Positions 23,443-33,151 of a stretch of 64,000 nucleotides of DNA are shown one piece after another. The stretch's first letter is position 1; every line of letters begins with the position of its first letter. Source of the stretch: Treponemataceae bacterium (GTDB lineage: Bacteria; Spirochaetota; Spirochaetia; Treponematales; Rectinemataceae); the NCBI GenBank assembly GCA_963667725.2, contig CAXXHO010000005.1:864001-928000 (forward strand), given 5' to 3'. Below the pieces are notes generated by a model that was not told the origin of the DNA, did no database searches, and saw only the letters and a program-made list of their open reading frames with translations. Made by a program: the position numbers and the translations under genes.

Positions 23443-24576
23443 CTATAGCCGCACGCTTTTGTCCTCTCCCATGCCGTAGAGACGGGAAACGTCGATGGAC
23501 TCGCCCTCCGGGGAGAGAAGTCTGCCTTCGAATCGCCCGAAGGGACCCGCGTAGTCGATTTCGGCGATGCCGAGCTTCACCTGGATATCGTGAGAAACCT
23601 CTGGATGGAAGATGAGATCCACGAGGCCTTCCGTATCCTGGATGTTCCAGGGCGATTCGCGGCCATAGGGGCGGGTGATCTTTACCGGGGGAAGAGGGTA
23701 GATGGCCCCATCGATCCAGAGGCGGTTTTCGTTGTAGCGGACCTGATCCCTCACCTGGTTGTCGGTGAGGTTGAAGCCGATCCTGCGGCCCGTTTCATCC
23801 ATGCCGAAGCCGGTAATCCAATCGTAATGAAGCCGGTAGGGGTAGTAGCCTTTATGGTCGTCCAGGATGCCGGAGGACTGGCTGGGGTCGAAGGCATATT
23901 CGCGTCCGGCTACCTTGATGGCTCCCGAACAGGGCATGAGGATCTTCGCCGAATACATGGCGCGGCCGACGCCGAGGGGAAGGCAGACGAAGTATGGCGC
24001 GCAGGCTCCCTTCGTGAGGTCGAAGCTGAGGTCTATGTCGAAACTTTCCTTCAGCGTCTTCCGGTTGGCGGCCGGGCTTTTTTTAAAACGCGACACGGGG
24101 CTGTGGGAGGTGGCGCGGAGGCCGCAAAAATTCATTTCGGGATCGAGGCGGATGGAGAGGTGGTCGCCTCCGGCCGTCGCGTGGCTTTCCGTAAACTCGA
24201 AATTGTGGGGAAAAGAAAACCGGCTTCCGGGGAAAATGTGGCGAAAGCCGTATTTTTTCTTTTCTTTTCGGTTCCACAGGTCTATCGATGCCATGGTGAG
24301 GAATTTGGCGTCGTAGAGGACGGCGAGGAGGAACCAGTCGTCATTGCCTGCCTCGATGGCCTGCCACTCCTTGAGCCTGAGCCGCTTAAGGAATCGGGGA
24401 ATGAGGTAGTGGTAGGGTTTTCGGGCGTTGATGAGGTCGGTGATTCCGGGGAAGCCTTCCCAGGAGCCGTAGACGATGGAGCCGTCGCGGACGAGGGCCA
24501 CGGGGGCGTGGGAGGGCTCCGGAGCCCCGAGTATCGACCGAGGTTCCGGGGGTTTTTGCGGTTGGGGGTCAGACAA
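23443..24576 (-). CDS. DUF2804-family protein
   Basis: RLKEWQA, LDDHKGYYPYRLHYDW, GFNLTDNQ, NENRLW, GPFGRFEG, GMGEDK. Confidence 0.75.
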   Translation of the reverse strand: MSDPQPQKPPEPRSILGAPEPSHAPVALVRDGSIVYGSWEGFPGITDLINARKPYHYLIPRFLKRLRLKEWQAIEAGNDDWFLLAVLYDAKFLTMASIDLWNRKEKKKYGFRHIFPGSRFSFPHNFEFTESHATAGGDHLSIRLDPEMNFCGLRATSHSPVSRFKKSPAANRKTLKESFDIDLSFDLTKGACAPYFVCLPLGVGRAMYSAKILMPCSGAIKVAGREYAFDPSQSSGILDDHKGYYPYRLHYDWITGFGMDETGRRIGFNLTDNQVRDQVRYNENRLWIDGAIYPLPPVKITRPYGRESPWNIQDTEGLVDLIFHPEVSHDIQVKLGIAEIDYAGPFGRFEGRLLSPEGESIDVSRLYGMGEDKSVRL

Positions 24577-25453
24577 GGCCGTTCTCGTAGAGCTTGTAGA
24601 GGGCTTGGGTGCCCAGCTCGCCCATCCCCTCGGCCGAGACTTTCGTGAAAAGTTTTTCGGCGAGTTCGAGGAGGGGCAGGTTGAGTTTCATCTGCCTGGC
24701 CGCGTCGACGGCGATTCGCAGGTCCTTGAGGAAGTGTTTTACGTAGAAGCCGGGTTTGAAGTCGCCGTCGAGCATGCGCGGCACCATGTTGTTGAGCTGC
24801 CAGCTGCCCGCGGAGCCGCTTCCGATGGAGAGGAGGACGGTCCGGGGATCGAGGCCGGCCGCCTTCGCGTAGGTTATGGATTCGATGGCGCCCATGAGGC
24901 TGGCCGCTATGGATATCTGGTTGGCCATCTTGGTGTGCTGGCCGGCGCCGGGGCCGCCCTGTCGAACGACCGTTTTGCCCATGATGTCGAAAAGGGGCTT
25001 GACGGCGGCGAAGCTGTCTTCGTCGCCGCCCGCCATGATGGTAAGCGTCGCTTTTTTTGCGCCGATGTCGCCGCCCGAGACGGGGGCGTCGAGGGCGGCG
25101 AGGCCTTTGGCCTTGGCCGCGTCGTAAATTCGAACGGCCAGGTCGGGGCGCGAAGTAGTCATGTCGACGAGTATCGCTCCCGGTCTGGCGTTGTGGATGA
25201 GGCCGGAATCTCCGAAGTATACTTCTTCCACGTCGGAAGGATACCCGACCATGGTGATGACGACATCGCAGGCCTGGGCGAGGGTTGAAGGCGTCGCTAT
25301 CCAGACGGCGCCGGCTTCTAATAGGTTTTTAGCCTTCTCGGCGGTTCTCGTATAGACAATCACCTTGCGGCCGGCGGAAAGCAGATGTCCGGCCATGGCG
25401 TTTCCCATGACGCCCAGGCCGATAAAGCCGATTGTTCTCGTTTCAGTAGGCAT
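24569..25453 (-). CDS. NAD(P)-dependent beta-hydroxyacid dehydrogenase (3-hydroxyisobutyrate / tartronate semialdehyde reductase family)
   Basis: IGFIGLGVMG, DAPVSGGDIGA, GAGQHTKMANQ, FLKDL. Confidence 0.9.
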   Translation of the reverse strand: MPTETRTIGFIGLGVMGNAMAGHLLSAGRKVIVYTRTAEKAKNLLEAGAVWIATPSTLAQACDVVITMVGYPSDVEEVYFGDSGLIHNARPGAILVDMTTSRPDLAVRIYDAAKAKGLAALDAPVSGGDIGAKKATLTIMAGGDEDSFAAVKPLFDIMGKTVVRQGGPGAGQHTKMANQISIAASLMGAIESITYAKAAGLDPRTVLLSIGSGSAGSWQLNNMVPRMLDGDFKPGFYVKHFLKDLRIAVDAARQMKLNLPLLELAEKLFTKVSAEGMGELGTQALYKLYENGLV

Positions 25454-25601
25454 TTCATTCCTCCGGAAATTTTCGTGTACCTCCACTGTAGCCCTGCTAG
25501 CGGAAATGCGCAACCTTAGTATTTTTATGAAAAGTATTTTTTCATGTTGTTGTGAAATGAAAAATCTTACCATATACTTGGCGCACAGGAGGCTGGCAAA
25601 G

Positions 25602-26840
25602 ATGATGTTGGACTCGGAAAATATCAATATTCGCCTCGAAGGCTATGCGGCGAGGCCTGACCATTACCTTATCGGCATCATGTCGGGGACGTCGCTCGAC
25701 GGCGTCGACGCGGTGCTCACGAAAATTTCCACCTTGGCCGACGGTTCCATCGCGGAAGCCCGACTCGTCCACCAGGCATCGATTCCCTATTCGAGCGACC
25801 TGAAGGCCTTGCTGCTCGCGCTCTGCTCGCCGGAGACGGCGCGAATCGACGATCTTGTCTATGCCCATTTCGGGCTCTCGGAATGGTACGCGGCCACGGT
25901 CCGGAAGCTCCTTGACACAAGCGGTTTTCCCGCCGGGAAGGTGGACGCGCTCTGCCTTCACGGCCAGACCGTCTGGCACGCGCCCGCCCTCAGGCCTTTT
26001 CCCGCGCCCGGCGGCGGCTTCGTACCCGTAAAAGGCACCCTCCAACTAGGCTCGGGCTCGCTGCTCCGGGAACGCGCGGGCATCCCCGTGATTTTCGACT
26101 TCCGTTCGAGGGACATGGCCGCGGGCGGGGAAGGCGCACCGCTCGCGCCGTACGTGGATGCCCTCCTCTTCGGGAGCCCGACGCGAGGCCGGATCGTCCA
26201 GAATATAGGCGGCATCGGCAACGCGACGGTGATACCGGCCGCGTCGAAACGCGAGGGAATATTCGCCTTCGACACCGGCCCTGGCAACATGATCATCGAC
26301 GAGCTCATCCGAAGAAAGACGGGCGGCGCGGAACACTATGACGAAGACGGCCGCCGCGGGCGCGCCGGCAAAGTCGACGCGGCCTTCGTCGCGGCCCTCA
26401 TGGCCGACGACTATTTCACCAAGGCCCCGCCCAAAAGCACGGGCCGCGAGATGTACAACTCGGCCTTCGCCGACCGCCTCATCGACGAGGCGCGAAGGCG
26501 AAGCCTCTCTTTCGAGGATCTCGTCGCCACAGCCACGGCCTTCACGGCCGAGAGCATCGCCCGATCCTACCGCGATTTCATCTATGCGAAGACAAAGATC
26601 GACGACGTCGTCGTCGGCGGAGGCGGGGCGCTCAACGGCTTCCTCATGGACCTTCTGCGCGCTCGCTTGCCCGCCGGCGTCACCCTCATGTCGACCGCTG
26701 ATCTGGGCATCCCTGAACAGGCGAGGGAAGCCATCGCCTTCGCCGTGCTCGGCCACGAGGCCCTCATGGGCAGGGCGGGCAACCTCCCGGCCGTGACGGG
26801 CGCGGCCAGGGATGTTATACTGGGCAACATCACGTTGTGA
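25602..26840 (+). CDS. anmK: anhydro-N-acetylmuramic acid kinase
   Basis: IGIMSGTSLDGVD, HGQTVWH, DFRSRDMAAGGEGAPL, NIGGIGN, FDTGPGN, PPKSTGRE. Confidence 0.95.
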   Translation: MMLDSENINIRLEGYAARPDHYLIGIMSGTSLDGVDAVLTKISTLADGSIAEARLVHQASIPYSSDLKALLLALCSPETARIDDLVYAHFGLSEWYAATVRKLLDTSGFPAGKVDALCLHGQTVWHAPALRPFPAPGGGFVPVKGTLQLGSGSLLRERAGIPVIFDFRSRDMAAGGEGAPLAPYVDALLFGSPTRGRIVQNIGGIGNATVIPAASKREGIFAFDTGPGNMIIDELIRRKTGGAEHYDEDGRRGRAGKVDAAFVAALMADDYFTKAPPKSTGREMYNSAFADRLIDEARRRSLSFEDLVATATAFTAESIARSYRDFIYAKTKIDDVVVGGGGALNGFLMDLLRARLPAGVTLMSTADLGIPEQAREAIAFAVLGHEALMGRAGNLPAVTGAARDVILGNITL

Positions 26841-26911
26841 TAGGGCATGAGCGCAGAGCGTTCATGCCGGACGCGGCACCATACCGCGCTCACCAGCCAG
26901 ACGGAGGAATC

Positions 26912-27412
26912 ATGCCGAATTCGATAGTGCAGTTCATCACCAGCAAGGGCGAGATCAAGATGGAAGTGCTGGAAGACAAGACGCCGATAACCGCGGCCAA
27001 TTTTCTGAATTATGTAAAATCGGGCTTCTACGACGGGACGATTTTCCACAGGGTAATTCCCGGTTTCGTCGCCCAGGGCGGCGGTTTCGTGCCCGGAATG
27101 GACCAGAAGAACACGAAAGACCCGATCGTGAACGAAGCGGCGAAAGGACCTTCCAATTCCCGCGGAACCCTGTCCATGGCCCGAACCTCCGATCCCAACA
27201 GCGCGACGAGCCAGTTCTTCATCAATTTCGTGGACAACAAGAGCCTTGATTACCGCGGCCCCGGTCCCGGCGCCGGCTACTGCGTTTTCGCCAAGGTTAC
27301 CGAAGGCATGGACGTCGTGGACGCCATGGCCCAGGTTCCCACCGGCAGGCGCCCGCCTCACGCCGATGTTCCCAAGGAAGACATCGTTCTCATCGCCGCT
27401 AAAGTTATGTAA
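26912..27412 (+). CDS. ppiB: cyclophilin-type peptidyl-prolyl isomerase
   Basis: FYDGTIFHRVIPGFVAQGGG, SMART, SATSQFFIN. Confidence 0.9.
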   Translation: MPNSIVQFITSKGEIKMEVLEDKTPITAANFLNYVKSGFYDGTIFHRVIPGFVAQGGGFVPGMDQKNTKDPIVNEAAKGPSNSRGTLSMARTSDPNSATSQFFINFVDNKSLDYRGPGPGAGYCVFAKVTEGMDVVDAMAQVPTGRRPPHADVPKEDIVLIAAKVM

Positions 27413-27503
27413 ATACGCCGACGACGCCCCAGGCCGGTTTTGCCACTGCCCGGGGCTTTCGTTGTTTTCGCCGCGTTTGAGATAGATTTATTCGATGTTC
27501 CTA

Positions 27504-27533
27504 TTGACAAGAACGCGACGGACTGGCTATCAT
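27504..27533 (+). promoter_or_regulatory. sigma70-type promoter of the ABC transporter operon
   Basis: TTGACA(27504-27509)-18 bp-TATCAT(27528-27533). Confidence 0.55.
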
Positions 27534-27537
27534 AGCC

Positions 27538-27559
27538 ATGTTACTATTAATAGTAACAT
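27538..27559. promoter_or_regulatory. perfect 22-bp palindrome, candidate repressor operator
   Basis: ATGTTACTATTAATAGTAACAT directly downstream of the -10 box. Confidence 0.6.
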
Positions 27560-27605
27560 AAACACAAAACCAAGCCTCCCAAGGCCGGTACACATCGAGG
27601 TATCC

Positions 27606-28589
27606 ATGTCGCGCAAAGCAATCGCCTCTTTCGCAGTCCTCGGCATCGTCATGCTCATCGTCTCCTGCGGATCCAGCGGCAAGAAAACGGTGGGAATCGC
27701 CAAATTCGTGGCTCACCCGAGCCTGGACGCGGTCGAACAGGGCATCATCGACGAAATCAAGGCGGCCAAGCCCGATGTCGAGCTGGACCAGCAGAACTCT
27801 AATGCCGACATGGCCACGGCGGGACAGATCGCCCAGCGCTTCAAGGAACGCAAGGTAGCCGTCGCTGTCGGCATCGCGACGCCGACAGCGCAGGCCCTGG
27901 TCAATCAGATAAAGGACAGGCCTGTCGTCTACTCTGTGGTCACCGATCCCGTTTCGGCGGGCCTGGTCGAAAGCATGGACAAGGGCGGGGCGAATGTCAC
28001 CGGAACCTCGGACATGACGCCCGTGCGCCAGCAGCTCGATATGCTTCTGTCGATGGCGCCTGTAAAAAGGCTCGGCCATCTCTATGCCTCGGGCGAGGCC
28101 AATTCCGTGGCGATCGCCGCCATCGTAAAGGCCTATTGCGAGGAAAAGGGCATCGAATACGTCGAAGCCACGGTCACGAATTCCTCCGAAGTCAAGTCAG
28201 CCCTCCTCTCCATCGCGGAACGGATTGACGGCTTGTACCTCGGCAACGACAACACGGTATTTTCGGCCCTCAGCGCCGTCTCCGAAGTCACGCTCGCCAG
28301 GAAGATTCCCCTCATGTCAGCCGATCCAGTCTCGGCCGAGACAATTCCCGTGCTCGCCGCTCTGGGGTATGATTATTACCAAATGGGAAGAGAGACCGGA
28401 AAGATCGTCGTCCGGATCCTGAACGGTGAAAAGACCAAGGATATTCCCGGTTACCTGCCGACCGACCCCGAAGCCCTCGTCCTCGTCCTCAACCTGGATG
28501 TAGCCGCCGGTTTCGGCATCACGCTGGATCCCGCCCTCGTCGAGAGCGCCAAGGTCCTGATTTCAGGCGGTACGGTAACAAAGAAGTAA
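27606..28589 (+). CDS. ABC transporter substrate-binding lipoprotein (COG2984-type, aromatic amino acid-like)
   Basis: lipobox LIVSC, HPSLD, IATPTAQA, VTDPVSAGLV, NVTGTSD, GEANS. Confidence 0.85.
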   Translation: MSRKAIASFAVLGIVMLIVSCGSSGKKTVGIAKFVAHPSLDAVEQGIIDEIKAAKPDVELDQQNSNADMATAGQIAQRFKERKVAVAVGIATPTAQALVNQIKDRPVVYSVVTDPVSAGLVESMDKGGANVTGTSDMTPVRQQLDMLLSMAPVKRLGHLYASGEANSVAIAAIVKAYCEEKGIEYVEATVTNSSEVKSALLSIAERIDGLYLGNDNTVFSALSAVSEVTLARKIPLMSADPVSAETIPVLAALGYDYYQMGRETGKIVVRILNGEKTKDIPGYLPTDPEALVLVLNLDVAAGFGITLDPALVESAKVLISGGTVTKK

Positions 28590-28596
28590 AGGAACC

Positions 28597-29580
28597 ATGC
28601 TAGAAGGAATTTTGGTCGAGGGTCTGGTCTACGGGATCATGGCCCTCGGCGTTTTCATCAGTTTCAGGATTTTGGACTTTGCCGATCTCACGGTGGAAGG
28701 ATCTTTTCCCGCCGGCGCGGCGGCGGCCGCGGCCATAGTGACGGCGGCCGCGAGGAATGGCCTCGGAACGGCGCAAGCCGGAGGATCCGGAGCCTTTGGA
28801 GCCCCTGGAGCCTGGCTCTCGACCCTCGCTCCCTTCGCCGCCATCCTGGCCGGCTTCGCGGCAGGCGGCCTCGCGGGGCTGGCTACTTCCCTGATTCACC
28901 ATAGACTGAGGGTGCCTCCGCTTCTCGCGGGCATCGTCACCATGACGGGATTCTATTCCATAAACCTGCGCGTTCTGGGCGGAAAACCCAACCTGCCCCT
29001 CATCAGGAACAATCCGCTTCTGAACGGCGCGAGGACCTGGATGGGTCCGGATGTTCCGCAGGATATCGCCCTTCTCCTCGCGGCGCTTCTGGCTGCCCTC
29101 GCCATCGCCGCCCTCCTGGATCTTTTCTTCCATACCGAAACCGGAATCGCGCTGGGAGCCCTCGGCGACAACGAAGCCTCCGTGATACAGGCAGGCGTCA
29201 ATCCCTCGTCGCTCAGAACCCTGGGTATCGTGCTGGCCAACGGCCTCGCGGGGCTTTCGGGAGCCTTGGCCGCCTCCTATCAGGGCTTCGCCGATGTCAA
29301 TTTCGGCGCCGGGGTGGTGGCGGCGGGCCTCGCTTCGGTGATGCTCGGCGAACTCATCCTGCGCTCGCAGTACATTGGGGTGCAGATTTTCCGCGTCCTC
29401 GTCGGCTCGATCCTCTTCAGGGCCCTCATGTACGCCGCCCGTTCCTGGGGGTATTTCGTGGGCATCACGCCGAACGACCTCCGCCTCCTCAACGCCCTCC
29501 TTATCGTAGGGGCCGTGGCCCTGTCCAAGTACACCGCGAAGCGTCCCCGAGCGGTTTCCGCCGGCGGAGGCCGCCTATGA
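28597..29580 (+). CDS. ABC transporter permease (COG4120-type)
   Basis: LGVFISFRILDFADLTVEGSF, YSINLR, QGFADVNFG; hydrophobic. Confidence 0.85.
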   Translation: MLEGILVEGLVYGIMALGVFISFRILDFADLTVEGSFPAGAAAAAAIVTAAARNGLGTAQAGGSGAFGAPGAWLSTLAPFAAILAGFAAGGLAGLATSLIHHRLRVPPLLAGIVTMTGFYSINLRVLGGKPNLPLIRNNPLLNGARTWMGPDVPQDIALLLAALLAALAIAALLDLFFHTETGIALGALGDNEASVIQAGVNPSSLRTLGIVLANGLAGLSGALAASYQGFADVNFGAGVVAAGLASVMLGELILRSQYIGVQIFRVLVGSILFRALMYAARSWGYFVGITPNDLRLLNALLIVGAVALSKYTAKRPRAVSAGGGRL

Positions 29581-30368
29581 TCCGCATTGAATCGGCCCTC
29601 GTCGCCTTTCCCCAGGGCGGCGGCGAAGACCGCGTCGTCCTGCGGGACCTGTCGCTCGGCGTTCCCCGCGGGCAGACTCTATCCATCATAGGCTCCAATG
29701 GGGCGGGCAAGAGCACCCTCCTCAACGCCATCGCCGGCACCGTGCCCCTGCGTTCGGGCACCATCGTCGTGGACGGCCGTGACTGCACGCGCGACCCCGA
29801 ATGGATACGGGCGCGCTACGTCGGCAGGGTTCGCCAGAACCCGCTCGCGGGGACTGCCGGCGAGATGACGCTGCTCGACAACCTGGCCCTGGCTTCCCGA
29901 AAAGGTCCAAGGCGGCTCAGGCTCGCCGTGACGCCCGCTCTTTCGAGAGAGCTGGGCGAACGCGTGGCTGAACTGGGAATGGGGCTAGAAAACCGCCTTC
30001 GCGAGAACGTCTCCCGCCTTTCCGGCGGCCAGCGCCAGGCCCTCACCCTCCTCATGGCCGTGCTTTCGCGCCCCTCCGTCCTTCTTCTGGACGAGCATAC
30101 GGCCGCCCTGGACCCCGCCAACGCCGAAATCTTGGCCAGCCTCACGAAACGCTTCGTCTCGGAATTCGGACTCACCGCGCTCATCGTCACGCACGACATG
30201 AAACGGGCGCTGGACCAGGCCGAACGCGTCGTGATGATGCACGAAGGCGGCATCGTCGCCGACGTATCGGGTGAGGAGAAATCCCGCATGAAGGTATCGG
30301 ATCTCGTGGAACTCTTCCGTGCGGCGCGTGGCAGCGAATATGCCGAGGACAGGGACCTCCTGCGCTGA
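29577..30368 (+). CDS. ABC transporter ATP-binding protein (COG1101-type)
   Basis: GSNGAGKST, LSGGQRQ, LLLDEHTAALDP. Confidence 0.9.
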   Translation: MIRIESALVAFPQGGGEDRVVLRDLSLGVPRGQTLSIIGSNGAGKSTLLNAIAGTVPLRSGTIVVDGRDCTRDPEWIRARYVGRVRQNPLAGTAGEMTLLDNLALASRKGPRRLRLAVTPALSRELGERVAELGMGLENRLRENVSRLSGGQRQALTLLMAVLSRPSVLLLDEHTAALDPANAEILASLTKRFVSEFGLTALIVTHDMKRALDQAERVVMMHEGGIVADVSGEEKSRMKVSDLVELFRAARGSEYAEDRDLLR

Positions 30369-30419
30369 CCGTCGATGCGCCACCGGCCGCCCGAACCGCC
30401 GCCCTGCTCCTCAACAACT

Positions 30420-30448
30420 CGCCGGCCGCGCGCGCCGGCGTTTTTTTT
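30420..30448 (+). terminator. intrinsic terminator
   Basis: CGCCGGC-N7-GCCGGCG followed by T8. Confidence 0.75.
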
Positions 30449-30563
30449 CGCTTCTTGACCGAGAGAGTAAAATATTTTTTTAGGTTCAAGCTTGTGCCTG
30501 GAAAATTATGCTATATAATGCAAGAGCTATTCCGAAGAAGTTATAGCACAATGGAGGTATCCT

Positions 30564-32075
30564 ATGAGAAAAATGGCATTCCTAGCGCTGCTGACGGCCT
30601 TGCTCGCCCTCGCCGTCCCGCAGGTTTTCGCCGCCGGAGCGGAAAAAGTGCTCACGCTCGGCGTGGATCAGGAGGTTATCGGCCTCGATCCGAACATCGT
30701 GACATCCTTCTCCTCGCACAGGCGCGTGGACCTGCTCTACAACAAGCTCGTCAGGCATAACGAAAACCTGGAAATCGTGCCCGACCTCGCCGAAGACATC
30801 GACATTCCCAACAACGTCACCTACATCTTCAACCTCCGCAAGGGCGTCAAGTTCCACAACGGACAGGAAATGACGGCCGATGACGTCGTGTTTTCGCTGA
30901 ACAGGATCCTGGACACCAAGACAGCCTCGCCCGGCAGATCCTACCTCGCCACGGTCAAGTCGATCGAAAAACTCTCGGCCTATTCGGTGAAGGTTACGCT
31001 CCAGGCTCCTCTCGCTTCCTTCCTCGAAGGCCTCGCCTCCAACAACTGCGCCATCGTGTCCAAAGCGGCGGTCGAGCAGTACGGCAACCTTCAGAAAAAC
31101 GTCGTCGGAACCGGACCCTTCATGCTAAAGGAATGGACCCCCGACAACTCCATGACCCTGGTGAAGAACCCCGACTACTTCGAGAAGGGCGCGCCCTACC
31201 TCGATAAAGTCATCTTCAGGATCATCCCCGAGCAGGCATCCCTCCTCGCCGGCGTCAAGTCGGGAACCCTCGACATGGCCACCATCAACGACGGATCCAC
31301 CATCATGCTCGCCAAGCGGGACACTAACCTCGTCGTCATGCAGAAACCCGGCGTCAACGTCAGAACCTTCGGCTTCAACGTCACGCACAAACCCTTCGAC
31401 GATGAGCGCGTCCGCCAGGCCGTCTCCCTCGCGATCGACAGAAGCGAAGTCGTGGCCGTGGCCGAGTTCGGCATGGGCATGGCCTCTGGCCCGATCCCCG
31501 TCTCAGCCACCCAGTGGGCCCTCCCCCTCTCCAAGATTCCCTATTCCACGCCCGACTACGCCAAGGCCAAGGCCCTTCTCGCCCAGGCCGGCTATCCCAA
31601 CGGATTCACCTTCAAGATCGTCACCGCCAACTCCTACGAGGGCGGACTCTCGGTAGCCCAGGTCATCCAGGACCAGCTCAAGAAAATCGGCGTCACCGCC
31701 GAGCTCGAAGTGGTCGAATGGGGCATCTACATCGACCGCTGGGTGAAACGCACCTTCGACGCGATGGTCGAACTCCGCGGCGGCTCCAGCGAGCCCGACC
31801 GCTTCCTCTACAGGATGATCCACTCCACCGGCGGCGTGAACAATTTCGTGTTCAAGGACGCCGAAGTGGACGCCCTCCTCGACAAAGGCCGCGCGCTCAC
31901 GAAAGTATCCGAGCGCAAGCCCGTCTACGACCAGCTGCAGATTGCCCTCGCCACGAAGGCGCCCATCGTTTTCCTGTATTGCCCCCTCGAAACTCACGTC
32001 GTGAGCAAGAGCGTGAAGGGATTCAAGCAAGTCGGAAACGGAAGCCTCTATTTCCTCACCTACGCCCAGAAATGA
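30564..32075 (+). CDS. peptide/nickel ABC transporter substrate-binding protein (family 5)
   Basis: signal peptide, PDLAE, LRKGVKFHNG, GTGPF, VRQAVSLAIDR. Confidence 0.92.
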   Translation: MRKMAFLALLTALLALAVPQVFAAGAEKVLTLGVDQEVIGLDPNIVTSFSSHRRVDLLYNKLVRHNENLEIVPDLAEDIDIPNNVTYIFNLRKGVKFHNGQEMTADDVVFSLNRILDTKTASPGRSYLATVKSIEKLSAYSVKVTLQAPLASFLEGLASNNCAIVSKAAVEQYGNLQKNVVGTGPFMLKEWTPDNSMTLVKNPDYFEKGAPYLDKVIFRIIPEQASLLAGVKSGTLDMATINDGSTIMLAKRDTNLVVMQKPGVNVRTFGFNVTHKPFDDERVRQAVSLAIDRSEVVAVAEFGMGMASGPIPVSATQWALPLSKIPYSTPDYAKAKALLAQAGYPNGFTFKIVTANSYEGGLSVAQVIQDQLKKIGVTAELEVVEWGIYIDRWVKRTFDAMVELRGGSSEPDRFLYRMIHSTGGVNNFVFKDAEVDALLDKGRALTKVSERKPVYDQLQIALATKAPIVFLYCPLETHVVSKSVKGFKQVGNGSLYFLTYAQK

Positions 32076-32185
32076 GCGTTAAAATCGCATAACGCGACGC
32101 GTTGTGCGATTTGTATACCGGGAACCCCGCGGTTTTCCGCGGGGTTCCCAATTCTCTCATCAACATTCTTGCATTGGGGCTCATA

Positions 32186-33148
32186 ATGGGAAGATATATC
32201 GTCAGGCGGCTTTTATCCCTGATACCGGTACTCCTCGGCGTATCGATCATCGTGTTCTTTCTTGTCCGTCTCATACCGGGATCGTCGCTGCAGATGTATC
32301 TCGGAACTCAGGTGGAAACGACGCCCGAGCAGATGGTGGAACTCAAACGAATTTTCGGCGAGGACAAACCCGTGCCCGTGCTCTACATCGAATGGCTGGG
32401 CAGAGTCCTCAGGGGCGACTTCGGCTATTCCCTGCGCACGAGCAGGCCCATCCTGCCCGATATCCTGCAGCGGCTTCCCTTGAGCATAGAGATAACCATT
32501 TTCGCCCTGATCCTCGCCCTCGCGATCGGCATACCGCTCGGCATACTGTCCGCGATTAAGCAGCATCCTCTCACCGATGTGCTCATCCGCGTCGGCGGCC
32601 TCCTGGGATTGTCCCTGCCGCAGTTCTGGCTCGCCTCCCTCATGGTGATAGCCTTTTCGAACTTCCGCGGATGGATTCCCATGGGCAACTACGTGAGTTT
32701 TTTCAGCGCGCCGCTCCAGAACATCAGAATGCTCTTCTTTCCGTCGCTGGCCATCGGGATAGGCCTCGCCGCCGTCATCATGCGCTACACCCGCAATTCC
32801 ATGCTCGAAGTGCTGCAGATGGATTACATACGCACGGCCAAGGCGAAAGGGCTCAAGAAGAAGGTCGTCATCGTGAGGCACGCGTTGAGGAACGCCATTC
32901 TGCCCGTCATCACCGTGGCGGGGTTCAACACCGGCTATCTCCTCGGCGGCGCCATCGTCATCGAGGAAGTGTTCGCCCTTCCCGGCATGGGAAGGCTCGC
33001 GTTGTACGCCATATACCAGCGCGACTATCCGCTAATCCAGGGAATTATACTCCTCATCGCCGCCATGTTCGTTCTCGTGAACCTGGTGACCGATCTCATC
33101 TATGCGGCGGTGGATCCGCGCATCCGGCTCGACGACGGAGCGAGGTAG
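32186..33148 (+). CDS. peptide ABC transporter permease (DppB/OppB-like)
   Basis: RLLSLIPVLLGV, GDFGYS, YIRTAKAKGL, HALRNA, RDYPLIQG. Confidence 0.92.
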   Translation: MGRYIVRRLLSLIPVLLGVSIIVFFLVRLIPGSSLQMYLGTQVETTPEQMVELKRIFGEDKPVPVLYIEWLGRVLRGDFGYSLRTSRPILPDILQRLPLSIEITIFALILALAIGIPLGILSAIKQHPLTDVLIRVGGLLGLSLPQFWLASLMVIAFSNFRGWIPMGNYVSFFSAPLQNIRMLFFPSLAIGIGLAAVIMRYTRNSMLEVLQMDYIRTAKAKGLKKKVVIVRHALRNAILPVITVAGFNTGYLLGGAIVIEEVFALPGMGRLALYAIYQRDYPLIQGIILLIAAMFVLVNLVTDLIYAAVDPRIRLDDGAR

Positions 33149-33151
33149 GAT

